Shown piece by piece: positions 12,600 through 24,722 of a DNA stretch of 64,000 bases. Every line of letters begins with the position of its first letter. The stretch's first letter is position 1. The DNA is taken from positions 2,108,001-2,172,000 of the forward strand of contig CM074820.1 of NCBI GenBank assembly GCA_037447605.1. The letters run 5' to 3'. The notes under the pieces were generated by a model. That model saw only the letters and a list, made by a program, of their open reading frames with translations. It ran no database searches and was not told where the DNA came from. Origin of the DNA: Zygnema circumcarinatum SAG 698-1b (taxonomy: Eukaryota > Plantae > Zygnematophyceae). The position numbers were made by a program, and so were the translations under genes.

Positions 12600-13012
12600 T
12601 AGGGTTGGGGGCACGGTCCCCCTCCGACCCGTGCCCAGGGGCACGTGCCCCCCATGCCCCTTTTTCGTGCCCCATGACGTGACTGCATTGAGCAATTCAA
12701 ATCGGCCCCAAAAAGAATATAATATTTTAAAATCGGTACGGATGAAGGTACGAAAAGTACAGATGAATGTACTAAACGTACGAATCAAGGTACAAATGTA
12801 CGGAAAAAATGAAAAGTACGGACAGTACTCAACACAACAATCGTCACCGGCCCGGGCCCGGTCGTACGAGGTAAGCGTCACGTGACAGGGGGCACGGGGG
12901 GGCACGAAATATATGGGAAAATTTTTGGAGGCGTGCCCCGGGCACGGACGGTCAAAAATGGGGGGCATGCCCCCCCCCCGGGCATGCCCGTGCCTCCGTG
13001 CCCCCAACCCTA
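12600..13012. mobile_element. hAT-superfamily non-autonomous element (MITE), 413 bp
   Basis: Perfect 17-bp TIR TAGGGTTGGGGGCACGG / CCGTGCCCCCAACCCTA and perfect 8-bp TSD ACCTGCAC at 12592-12599 and 13013-13020. No coding capacity. Confidence 0.9.
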
Positions 13013-13190
13013 ACCTGCACGCTCCATAGCATGCAATGTGCAAAGGCAGATCGTCCCAAACCACGAGGGGAGAGCATCACATTGACCAAACACTGCGAGG
13101 GGGGTTGCAGGACAAAGAAGCAGACAAATAGACAAACAGACACATTATGGATGGATGGCAGAGCGCCGCCTTTTCCTCCTCAAAGTATGG

Positions 13191-16100
13191 CTATGGCTGT
13201 CTGGGCTCTGTTTGATTGCCATCATCATCATCATCAGCATCATCATCATCACCATCACCATCACCATCACCAGCATTATTTGGGTTCACAGCAGGCCCGA
13301 GCCCAGCCCTGCTCTCGTACTCCACATGAGCGAGGTACAGCCCATGCGCCGGCGCCATAGGAGGAGTTACCGTGTTTGAACGAGATTGCAATATCCGCTG
13401 AACTGCAACACGTGGCCACATGCACGAGATGAAAATCGCTTACCTCGGACAGTGATATGCACCAGTTATTCCCCCTGTTTAAACGGAATCAGTTGCTTAC
13501 ATGGAAAAAGGGGTTTTGATCCAACAAACAGTACGAGGACCTGAAGTCATATGAGACATACCATCTGCCACCTTCAGTGTTCCGCATCCAACAGCTTTCA
13601 GAACGCCCACCAAGAGCCTGACCTGCATCATAAAATTCAACAGCAACGTTTCCCTCAATCCCCTTTCCTTTCAAATGCTTCTCCTCCTCCTCCAAGCAAA
13701 ACATCTCGACCAAACAGCTTCCCTTAAAGGCATACATACCTGAACTAGCACTTTAGTATACCACAAGATTGGTTCCACTGTACCTGGTGATATAAGAAGG
13801 ACTGCGCCCTCGCTGTAACTACAAAGCATTTCACACGATTGGCTGCGAAGCTTCCCTCTCCCTGCTCTGTCAACCTCTCTCCTCTGCCTTCTCCTCCTCC
13901 TCCTCTATCAATATGTGCCTCTGAATTCAGTACATGGCCTGCGGCTTCCTCCCCCTCCCTCCCTTCCTTGGAGTCACCCTCCCCACACAAATCTGCCACC
14001 CTCACATTTCGGACCGCCCCCCCTTCAAGCAATTGCCGCTGTCTTGCTCCTTCTCTAGCAACCCTATCGGGAAACACTGGCCAATGAGGCGCTTCCATTA
14101 CGTGAAGTTCATCGAGGGTCCTTACTGGTGAGCTCGCCTGATGCATGCGATTCATACAGTTAAACAGCCAGTCAGCATAAGCTAGACATAGATGAACCAG
14201 GTAACGGAAACGCATGCCGCATTTAAGAGAACATCCCCACGTTATTATATGTGCTCTGCTCGCAACACTGTCTTTACTTCCCATTTTCTGTAACTGGATG
14301 GGTACTTGCAATTCTTCCCATCATCGTTTCATTCAGAGGAGGAAAGCTTGAGAATGCATCACCTGGCAGCCCGCTGCACGAAAGGAGCTGAAATCATGTT
14401 TCCCCTCAAGCATGAGGCAAGCTGCCTGCTCTCCCCCTCAAGACAAACCAGCCAAATCAAAAACCAAAAACCAAAAACCAAAAACTCCCCTGCCTTCATA
14501 CTTTTAAGGCTCCAATGCAACTTCCACTACCTCACGAAACAAGATAGAATGAAAAGATAAAGACATCTCCAAAACAAGGTCATAAACTTGTGAAAACAAG
14601 AGCCCAGGAAATAGGGTTAGAAGTGATTTATTTACCTGCATTGGCCTAAGGTCGAGTTCTTGCGCCACGTGCCAGGCTCGCTGTTTCTCAAATATACTGG
14701 GGGGGGCTTTACTAACGAGAATACGGTAGAAATATCTGTTTACTCCACTCAACCCACCGACAAAAGTTTTAATCTGACATTACCAGCACCCATGCACAAC
14801 CTTGCGTCTTCGCTCCAGTTCTATATGTACTGAAAATGACCACTATTCCATCAACATTTGTAAGATACCATTCGAAAGTGGCCATGTTGCTGATGAATGC
14901 GATGCATAACTGAACAAGTGTTCCCTGTGGCTCTCACGTGCGTTCCGTTGCGTTGAACCGAGCATGGAACATGGGTGGAACAGACAGAGCGTCCACAACA
15001 GCCACATCTCCCCCTTCTATCTGGCATAGAACCACACATGCCCTGTTAGGCATTGAAACACAGTTTTCGAATTACTAAATTTCTTCGAAAAAGACAAGCC
15101 AAACTACCTTTGGCTAATGCTTACAAAAGGGCAATAACAAACAGTAAAGCGTTGCATCAACACTGCAATAAGATGTTTCACAAGACCTTTCCTACGAGAA
15201 AAAAGGCCAATTCTGAATCTGACGCAGTCTTCAGGACCTCAGACTTTCCCAACAATCACTTTACTATGGGAAACCTTTGTTCAAAGAACTTCTTAAAACT
15301 AAAGAAGAACGACAGATGGGGATTCCGTGCATGTGCACTGTTAGTCCAGCCCTCCCTCTTGCCGCGACCAACGTCTGTACTCATTCCCTTTCGTCTCCTC
15401 TCCCTTTCCCTTCCTATAACCGAACAGAACGTACCTGAAGAAAGTGATTAAGTGCCTTCTTCACCACAGATGGCTCGTGGGGAGGCATCTGCACAAGCAG
15501 ACGCCCTTCTCATATTAAAGCTCACATGGTGACCTAGCAGTGAAGTCCCGTGACTCCCTCCTTCCTCCTACGGAGATGGAGAAGGCAAAATACCTGCTCT
15601 CCCGGTCTCCGCTTGCTCCTGCGCTCCACGTCAACATGACACGTGTTCCCAAGAGCATGTACTCCAGTGTCCTGCAGCCACGTGGAACTTTCAGGAGGTC
15701 TCAATAGGTAGCAGAAACATCCAGATAGCTTTAAAAAAAAAAACTACAGTCTGCAATTCGCTTTCTTTCAGATAAACAACACGCTGCAGTTTCTGCGTGC
15801 ACCTCTGTGACATCGCTTTAATGGCTGGAAAATCACACCAAATTGCAAGATTTCTCGAAATGTGGGTGGTTCTGCTACTTTACTTTTCACCTTCTACTTT
15901 TTCATATGCTGAGGTGTTTGAACGACTTCTCCAGAGAATTCTGAAGGGATTCGTCAAGTTCTCTACGGGTTCCTGAAAGGCCTTTAAAAGTATTTCCTCG
16001 AGGTTCCTTAAGGCAACAAAGTCCGTCCACATTGAAAGGTTGGAAATTCCTACTGTGCGACTCGAACCGCACACTTGCACCGGCTGTCCGACAAATTTCT

Positions 16101-16898
16101 CAATCGCCTTCTGCATGAAAGGAAACGGAGACAAGCAGCCTCGTCATTTTCCATTGTTCATCGTCTGTTCCAATCCTGGAATCTTTGGAGTATGAACTCC
16201 TGGTAAGCCTTGCACATTCACCTGAATCACGCTGCTTTCTCCCTTGCATTATGCCTCAAACAACACTGACTTGAATAGCGAATGCTGAGCTTGCACCAGC
16301 AGCCGTCACCTGAGCATGAGGGGGGCTCCATGCAGCGCACCTCCAGCACGCCCTGCACGGTGCGGCAGCTGTCCTGCCTCTGCCAGCCCGAAAACCCCGT
16401 CCCCACGTACTCCAGCCTCAGAAGGTAGCGCTGCCTCACAGCCTGACACGCGGCAGCCCCGCCAGACGGCATCGCACCTCCGTCCCCCTCTTCGGCTGCG
16501 GCTGCCAGAGCCCTCTCTGGCAGGGCTTCCTCCCGTTTGCGCTTGCCTGTGGAGCCGCCCTCCATTCCCTCCATTCCCAATCCTAACCCTAATTCTCGCC
16601 CTAATTCTCGCCCTAATTCTCGCCACTCATGCCCGCTAACCCTAATTCTGGACAGCACAGCAACGTTCCGTGTTGTTGTTTGGCCTCGAAGCAGAGCTGA
16701 AAGCATCACATTTTTCTGCCGGTCCTGGAGTCGTTTGCGACCGGCTCCCCATGGATGGCTCTCCATGTTTGCCTTAGCCCATGCACATCCATCGGATGTA
16801 AGCTCAACGCTCCCTTTGCTCCCTCCTCTTCCCCTACCTGGTACGGCACTGCGCAGGTAGAGTGTGGACCGTTCAAATCGCCAACCATTGGCAACCAT
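13191..16898 (-). CDS. TRUA: tRNA pseudouridine(38-40) synthase TruA family, multi-exon
   Basis: RYLLRLEYVGTGFSGWQRQDSCRTVQGVLE | AIEKFVGQPVQVCGSSRT | DTGVHALGNTCHVDV (catalytic Asp) | YFYRIL...RAWHV | GKHDFSSFRAAGCQ | ARAQSFLYHQ | PPMAPAHGLYLAHVEY. Start uncertain (ATG at 16898 or 16766). Confidence 0.92.
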
Positions 16899-17189
16899 TG
16901 TTTGTGAAAGGCTGGCGGGCCAATGGTTGGGAAATTGACATGGCATTGATCTCACAATGGCGATCGAATGTACATGGAAAATCCACAATGAATGCCACAT
17001 CTCTCGTTTACATGTGAAAAAAAAGGACGTAAATGGAGAGAAAACCCTCCTAGAAGGGTTTTTCGTGAAGTGGACACAGATGAATGACTTGACCTGTACA
17101 CGAAAGGACGCTGAAAACAAAACTCTGCTTGCAGGCCCAACAACACGACTTTTACAAGCAGCTGCGAAGGTCAGGTCTCAAATGCTTGC

Positions 17190-17410
17190 TGACCATTGAA
17201 AGCAATGGTTGGAGCCATTGCGCATGGTTGGCTTGGTCTGATGCCGTTACAATGGTTGGCAATCACCGAATCCAAAGTCCCAACCTTTGGCAATGGGTGC
17301 CAGTGGTTGGCTGGTCCCCGCCAACGATTCCAATCATTGGCAATGGTTGGAAACATCAACATTGCAATGGTTGAACCAACATTTTTTTTTTTGTTGTTGG
17401 AACCATCGTA
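17190..17410. repeat. Cluster of short CCAACCATTG/CAATGGTTGG palindromic motifs
   Basis: At least six (C/A)ATGGTTG(G/A) copies and several ACCATTG copies. The same motif occurs at 16881-16930 and as the perfect hairpin CCAACCATTG-T-CAATGGTTGG near 18045-18065. Confidence 0.75.
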
Positions 17411-18302
17411 ACGTAAACTTTCATTGAACTCGCGATGGCGAGGCCATCAAATTTACATGGATAAAGGCAAAATGTGGAACCACGAAGGACTGGTCACAAA
17501 GGACCGAAACACAATAAAACGAAGCTAGGAGCGGAAAACTACGCCTAGGCNNNNNNNNNNGAAAAAGGGTGGAAAGGGCATAAAAGGCGAGAGCAGCTCA
17601 AAAAGAAGAAGCACAAGGACGAAGAGACGCAAAGGGGGAGACAAAAGGGAAAACGCAACACAGCAAGACAAGCTACGGCAGAAAATGTCAGAAAACAAGG
17701 CGAGAAACGTTAGAACAGAAAAAACCGCAGCAAAACAGCAGCAAAACAACCAAAAACAAAAAACAAAAAACGAAAAGAAGCACAAACAACAAAAACAGAG
17801 CAATGCAGCAAGACACGCGACAGGAAAACGCAAAGACAACGACAAGAGGCTGCCACGTGGCCGCGGCAGAGGCAGCGGCAGCAGGCGCAACGGTCGGAAG
17901 CGCCGTTCGCGGGGCGGAGGGGGGGGGGGGGGGAACCANNNNNNNNNNAACCATCACGTACTAAGCACAATACAAAACTCACATGCAGATTCCAACTCGC
18001 GTCTCGACATTATTCTATGGAGGCGGCGCAATCTAGTATCAAAACCAACCATTGTCAATGGTTGGCTGCCTCACCAACAACTGGCTGCAACCGTTGGCGT
18101 GCAGGGACCAGCCGTCACAGCGCCAGCCAGCGCGGCAAAATCCGCGGCAGCGCGCGCCCTCGCCCCGCGCTGGCCCGCCTCCTCACCGCCGTACGACGGC
18201 CGTACGGTATGCCGCGGGCAGCCCTGCTTCAAGGGCAGACTCTGCCGACTCGAAACGGGTAGCTGAGAAATGTTTTTCGCAGACCGCTCGGGCCCACGAC
18301 AG

Positions 18303-18692
18303 TAGGGTTGGAGGCACGGGGTCACGGGCATGGGCACGACTGGTGGGGACACGCGATTGGCCGTGCCCCTCGACCGTTCCCCTACGTCAGCGTACAACGT
18401 GACGTCACGTCCGCGGCAGGGACGGTGACGGCTTACACGGAACTCACGTGGAAGCACCATTTCCGTACGGTTCGTACCATTCACACTTTGTTGAATGGTG
18501 CGAACCCATTGGTTGTCCAACAAACACTTGAACTTTGTTAATACTGTCCATACTTTTCACACGCTTTTCCGTACTGTTAATTGGTCCGATTTTAACTGAA
18601 AAAGCGGCACTTGCCCCGGGCATGCCCACCTTGGGGGCACGTGCCCCCCCCCCCAGGGCACGAATTGGGCCGTGACCTTGCCCCCAACCCTC
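18303..18692. mobile_element. Diverged second copy of the hAT MITE family, opposite orientation to the 12600 copy
   Basis: Left end TAGGGTTGGAGGCACGGGGTCACGGGCATG matches the reverse complement of the 12600 right end (TAGGGTTGGGGGCACGGAGGCACGGGCATG). Right end is GCCCCCAACCCTC. Interior TACTGTCC(A/G)TACTTTTCA...CCGATTTTAA is shared. TSD degraded (CACGACAG / GCGGACAG). Confidence 0.75.
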
Positions 18693-21600
18693 GCGGACAG
18701 CAGGCTGCCCGCTTCGGCGGTATTTCTAACCGCAGGCAGGACAATTTTCGTCGGCCTGCCCGTCCCCGCTGTTCACGGAATCGTACGAAATCGTACGAAA
18801 GGAGACGGTACGGACGAAGAGCTCCTCCTGTCTTTTACTGTTTTTGTCGCGACGTGTCTACATTCCTACCCTGCTCGCGCGCCCGCCGCCCGTACTCGAC
18901 CGCCTCTGCCCTCTCCCCTCTCTGTGCCCACTCCGCCCTCTCCCTCTCGGTCCCTTCCACTCCCTCCCGCCCTCTCGCCCTGTCCCTCCCCCTCCCTCTC
19001 CCTTTCCGTCCCTTTCCGTCCCTGTGCCCACTCCGCCCTCTCCCTCTCGGTCCCTTCCACTCCCTCCCGCCCTCTCGCCCTGTCCCTCCCCCTCCCTCTC
19101 CCTTTCCGTCCCTGTCCCTCTCCCTCTCTCTCTCCTCCTCTCCCTCTCCTTCCCGCTCCCTCTCCGTCCCTCTCCCTCTCCCTCCCCCTTTCCGTCCTGG
19201 TCCCTCTCCCGTTCTCTTTCCTCCTCTCCCTCGCCCTCCCGCTCCCTCTCCGTCCCTCTCCCTCTCCCTCGCCCTCTTCCTCTCCCCCTTCCTCGCTCCC
19301 TCCGCCCTTCGCTCTCACCCACCTTTCCTCCATTGTATCCACCTTCTATCTCCAGCTTCCCCCCCCCCGCAACCCCCTTCCTTTCTTTCCTCCCTCCTCT
19401 CACGTCTCCTGTTCTTCGCCCGATTGCACATCCCGCCCTCCCTCCCCCCCCGCCCTCCCCCTCCCCGCCACCATGACGCGCGAGGCGCCCTCACTGGAGG
19501 CGGTGTTCTGCGGGACGGGCCTCATCGCCACCATCGTGCGGCTTCTGGACCATCCCTGCGACCGCGACGCGCTGTCTCGGACCTCCCGCGCGTTCAGGAA
19601 GGCGGTGAGCGAGGAGGTCGCGGTCATCACGTGCAGGGACATGCACAACCTCCCACAGCTCATCCGGCGCTTCCCCAACGTCACGTCCTTCGACCTCAAT
19701 CCCATCTGCATCGACCTCATCGACCTGCATCTGCAGCTTGTTGCGCGGAAGCTTCCCTCGCTGAAGGAGCTCAGGTCGAAGGTCACGGCTTGGAAGCTGA
19801 CAGACGAGGGATTGTACGCCATTGGAACCCTATCTGCGCTGCAGCGACTGCATCTTGGAGACTTAGACTGTGCCGGAGAGGCGGGGCTGAAGGCTATTGG
19901 GGAGGGATGCAGCTCTCTCATTGATTTGAGTCTGGACTGTCAGCAGCACAGGATAAACTCGTTTTCTTGCGTGAACTTCAGGGGCTTGCAGGGACTGTTC
20001 CGTAGCTGCGGGCCGCGCTTGCAGTCGCTGACACTCACTCTGGATAAGCCGTTAGTTGGGAACGACTGCCTGCCCTTGGTACTGGGCTGCAGCAGCCTCA
20101 AGTCCCTCACTCTCACCTCCCACGTTCCGATGTACTTCAATCAGTTAGTGAACCCGGATATGCTTTACAAGTGCTGGAATCTGAAGACTCTGGAGGTCAC
20201 CTTCTCGTGGGAAGCCATGGGACGGCCTGACATCAACATGGACGGACTGATCAAATGCGCCGTGCAGAGCGGGGCCCCTCTGGAAGTTGTTGAGCTGGCG
20301 GGGGGCTTCACCAGTGAATCGCTGCGCTTTCTGAAATCGTGCAGTACATTGAAGTCGTTCTGTCTGCATCAAGAAGTTACACATATAGCCCAGGGCATAA
20401 AGGGAATATTAAATGCAAACCCGCAGCTGACGTCTCTATCGATCCANNNNNNNNNNTACAACGTGACGTCACGTCCGCGGCAGGGACGGTGACGGCTTAC
20501 ACGGAACTCACGTGGAAGCACCATTTCCGTACGGTTCGTACCATTCACACTTTGTTGAATGGTGCGAACCCATTGGTTGTCCAACAAACACTTGAACTTT
20601 GTTAATACTGTCCATACTTTTCACACGCTTTTCCGTACTGTTAATTGGTCCGATTTTAACTGAAAAAGCGGCACTTGCCCCGGGCATGCCCACCTTGGGG
20701 GCACGTGCCCCCCCCCCCAGGGCACGAATTGGGCCGTGACCTTGCCCCCAACCCTCGCGGACAGCAGGCTGCCCGCTTCGGCGGTATTTCTAACCGCAGG
20801 CAGGACAATTTTCGTCGGCCTGCCCGTCCCCGCTGTTCACGGAATCGTACGAAATCGTACGAAAGGAGACGGTACGGACGAAGAGCTCCTCCTGTCTTTT
20901 ACTGTTTTTGTCGCGACGTGTCTACATTCCTACCCTGCTCGCGCGCCCGCCGCCCGTACTCGACCGCCTCTGCCCTCTCCCCTCTCTGTGCCCACTCCGC
21001 CCTCTCCCTCTCGGTCCCTTCCACTCCCTCCCGCCCTCTCGCCCTGTCCCTCCCCCTCCCTCTCCCTTTCCGTCCCTGTCCCTCTCCCTCTCTCTCTCCT
21101 CCTCTCCCTCTCCTTCCCGCTCCCTCTCCGTCCCTCTCCCTCTCCCTCCCCCTTTCCGTCCTGGTCCCTCTCCCGTTCTCTTTCCTCCTCTCCCTCGCCC
21201 TCCCGCTCCCTCTCCGTCCCTCTCCCTCTCCCTCGCCCTCTTCCTCTCCCCCTTCCTCGCTCCCTCCGCCCTTCGCTCTCACCCACCTTTCCTCCATTGT
21301 ATCCACCTTCTATCTCCAGCTTCCCCCCCCCCGCAACCCCCTTCCTTTCTTTCCTCCCTCCTCTCACGTCTCCTGTTCTTCGCCCGATTGCACATCCCGC
21401 CCTCCCTCCCCCCCCGCCCTCCCCCTCCCCGCCACCATGACGCGCGAGGCGCCCTCACTGGAGGCGGTGTTCTGCGGGACGGGCCTCATCGCCACCATCG
21501 TGCGGCTTCTGGACCATCCCTGCGACCGCGACGCGCTGTCTCGGACCTCCCGCGCGTTCAGGAAGGCGGTGAGCGAGGAGGTCGCGGTCATCACGTGCAG

Positions 21601-22410
21601 GGACATGCACAACCTCCCACAGCTCATCCGGCGCTTCCCCAACGTCACGTCCTTCGACCTCAATCCCATCTGCATCGACCTCATCGACCTGCATCTGCAG
21701 CTTGTTGCGCGGAAGCTTCCCTCGCTGAAGGAGCTCAGGTCGAAGGTCACGGCTTGGAAGCTGACAGACGAGGGATTGTACGCCATTGGAACCCTATCTG
21801 CGCTGCAGCGACTGCATCTTGGAGACTTAGACTGTGCCGGAGAGGCGGGGCTGAAGGCTATTGGGGAGGGATGCAGCTCTCTCATTGATTTGAGTCTGGA
21901 CTGTCAGCAGCACAGGATAAACTCGTTTTCTTGCGTGAACTTCAGGGGCTTGCAGGGACTGTTCCGTAGCTGCGGGCCGCGCTTGCAGTCGCTGACACTC
22001 ACTCTGGATAAGCCGTTAGTTGGGAACGACTGCCTGCCCTTGGTACTGGGCTGCAGCAGCCTCAAGTCCCTCACTCTCACCTCCCACGTTCCGATGTACT
22101 TCAATCAGTTAGTGAACCCGGATATGCTTTACAAGTGCTGGAATCTGAAGACTCTGGAGGTCACCTTCTCGTGGGAAGCCATGGGACGGCCTGACATCAA
22201 CATGGACGGACTGATCAAATGCGCCGTGCAGAGCGGGGCCCCTCTGGAAGTTGTTGAGCTGGCGGGGGGCTTCACCAGTGAATCGCTGCGCTTTCTGAAA
22301 TCGTGCAGTACATTGAAGTCGTTCTGTCTGCATCAAGAAGTTACACATATAGCCCAGGGCATAAAGGGAATATTAAATGCAAACCCGCAGCTGACGTCTC
22401 TATCGATCCA
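18393..22410. repeat. Near-identical ~2-kb tandem duplication (18393-20446 and 20457-22410) straddling a 10-N gap
   Basis: Both copies start TACAACGTGACGTCACG and end CTCTATCGATCCA. Copy 1 has one extra 100-bp pyrimidine unit (18922-19021). Confidence 0.95.
19473..20446 (+). other. Truncated duplicate of the F-box/LRR 5' coding region, ending at the gap (probable assembly artefact)
   Basis: Appears identical to 21437-22410 and terminates at Ns rather than a stop or splice site. Confidence 0.7.
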
Positions 22411-23820
22411 GCGCGCAGGAAAAAACTTTGGAGATGATATTGTTACGGTTTTATCCGAGAATGGGCAGAAATTGGAGAAACTGGTTTTGGTTTCCTATCC
22501 GCTGGACTGCGAGTTGCACTCGCTAGCAAAATGCACTTCTTTGAAATTTTTGTCTCTTTCGCAAATCACAAGCGCAGCTCTCCCTTCGCTTCCCTATTTT
22601 CCGAAACTGGAAGCCATCATGCTTGTGTATAGTGATCCGAATTACATTCATCCTGAAAGTCTTCGTAGTCTAAGTCGATGCGATAGGCTTCGGAGGTTGG
22701 TGGTTACTGGATTGGGCTCGAGTGATTTGGAGGCAATTGCAGGCTGTGTGAATGTAGAAGAGCTGAGTATTCCGCTGGGGGAAGTTACGGATAGATGCTT
22801 AGAGGTGATCGTCAGCGGTATGTGTCGCCTCCGAGAGCTCGACATCGGCCACTGTAAGGAGCTTCGGGAGTTTCGATTTTTAAATCTGTGCCCCAAGTTG
22901 GAGAAGTTGACTTTGAACAGGTGTGCATCCTCTGCCAAACATCATGCAATTTGAGCATTAGAAGGGTCTGTTTTTTGCAGTTGAAGTGATTGAACCCTTT
23001 TGAGGTGATGTCCCACAGTTTTATTTTTAAATTAAAGTATGTTTGTTCTAGACATTGAGCAGTGCAGTTACGTATGTGGGATAGCTTCGAGTTTTTGGGT
23101 GGAGCTGGGTGTGGTTTATGTAAAAAAACGTAGGAAGGAGAGAGGCAGCAGTGATGTAGATGGTCCTGTGAAGAATTTGTTGAGACTTGGCCTACCTGAT
23201 GTGCGTCACAGCTGTCGTGCTAGACGTTCAGCATACACTGCTGGTGGTGGATCTGTGTCATTGGTGATGGCGGAAGAGGTTTCTGTCCAGTAACTGCTTG
23301 TTAGTAGAGGAAAGAAATGTGACAACTTAAAGAATTCGAAGCCTGGCTCCAAACAGCTTTCCCTTCGATATGCATAGTTGAGTGAAGGCCACCATTCTCG
23401 TCTATGCAAGCGACCGATACCATGTGGATCCAAGTCAGAGGATATCCTCAATCGTCTTCTAGTCATCATCTGCATCAGGCATGACAGGAAAGTAGGATGA
23501 ATGATCTGCTTTCTGAGACATTAGCTACTGTCCTTCCGGGTGGCTTGGAGGGGATGTGCAGCACGAGCATATCGGATGATGGAATGGCGATTGTTGGCGC
23601 GAGTTGCCGCCTCCTCCGCCACCTGCAGCTGTCCGTCACTGCTGTGAGCGATGCCGGCTTGGAGCATTTGGTGCACTGCACTCGCCTTCAGGAGCTCGAC
23701 CTCTACGACTGCGACTCCGTCAAAGGGAGCGGTGTTCGCAGCCTGTGGGAGGCATGCCCATGGCTGAAGGCAGTCAGGCCGAGCAAGTGGGGGACCCGTC
23801 TGCCTCTTGCTTATCAGTGA
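21437..23820 (+). CDS. F-box/LRR (RNI-like) protein with COI1/TIR1-like N-terminus
   Basis: LIATIVRLLDHPCDRDALSRTSRAFRKAV...LIRRFPNVTSFDL followed by AMN1-type LRRs (LTDEGLYAIG, EAGLKAIGEGCSSL, VTDRCLEVIVSGMCRLRELDIGHC). Probable donor at ~22920; last exon ISDDGMAIVGASCRLLRHLQLSVTAVSDAGLEHL...* at 23820. Middle exon(s) unresolved. Confidence 0.8.
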
Positions 23821-24722
23821 AAGGTGGGAGCAGGTTTGGTAGGAAGGAATGGAAGACGAGAGAGAGGAGAGGAGGGGGAAGGGGAGGGCCGTGTTGCCTC
23901 ACGTTTGGAATGCGATAACTTGATCGGCACGAGTGTGATGTCAGCTTTTGTAGCGTAGCTCTTCTACACCTTTCTGTTCTGGAAGGATATTTCTTTTGGC
24001 TTTTTGTAGCATGAGGAGCAGGTGTTCTGAAAGTGCTGATGCGAGGAGCCCTCTTTCCACTGGTCATGTTTGGCTTCTCAGGGAGACAAAAGGGACTTGT
24101 GTTTGGTTCCCACCGTTTGTACAATAAGAGTGAATTCACATTAGTCACAAATCAAGAACTTTATATCCAATTTTATGCGTTGTCATGGAAACAGAAAGTT
24201 GAGATCTTTGAGATGTGGTCAAGACAAAGGCTGCGAACAAGCTTGGGTTCTCATTGCTTGGATGAACGGCATAAACTCGAATCAGTCATAGCAGACGTGC
24301 AAGTACAGTCAAATGTAACCCTAACTCTAACCCTACCCGTAAACCCCAGTACTAATCCCAACCCTAACATTATCACTAACCCTAGCACTTCATGCACGCA
24401 TACATCCAGCTGCAATAACTTAACTCGGCACACAATTGCAGCACAAGGCTGAAGGTTGGAAGTAACACAAAAAATGTTGTCATTCTCCGACTCCCCCTCC
24501 CCCAATCCCTCCCGTGGAAGTGAGGGAAAAAAACAACTGCAACTAGAACGCATGGCAGCCAAATGAGACCATTGAGGACAAGACCATCCTCTCATGGTAT
24601 TCAACAATCTAAGTTTCAAAGAATAACATAGGCTAAAGGAAACACCTGCATGTGTACATTTTTCGCTGCGAGTTGGGAGGTGCTATACTATGGGCGGAGA
24701 GAACGAGCAGCTCCTTTCCTGC

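Noticed and set aside
13850-14080. G/E-rich insertion within the TruA C-terminal half
   Set aside because: As I recall, plant TruA homologues have a variable insertion at this position, so it is not considered novel.
17190-17410. Repeat-spacer appearance suggesting a CRISPR-like array
   Set aside because: Repeats are only ~9-10 bp with irregular spacing, the context is eukaryotic and no cas genes are present.
17525-17948. T-poor K/Q/R-rich ORFs (17685..18266, 17525..17890) between two N gaps
   Set aside because: Low-complexity, A-rich sequence ending in poly-G and bounded by Ns. It looks like low-quality gap-fill and has no recognisable domain.
18611-19924. Long Pro/Ser-rich or Gly/Arg-rich ORFs upstream of the F-box ATG (and equivalents at 20675-21440)
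   Set aside because: They arise from stop-free CT-rich 5' sequence and MITE DNA. The recognisable protein starts at MTREAPS.
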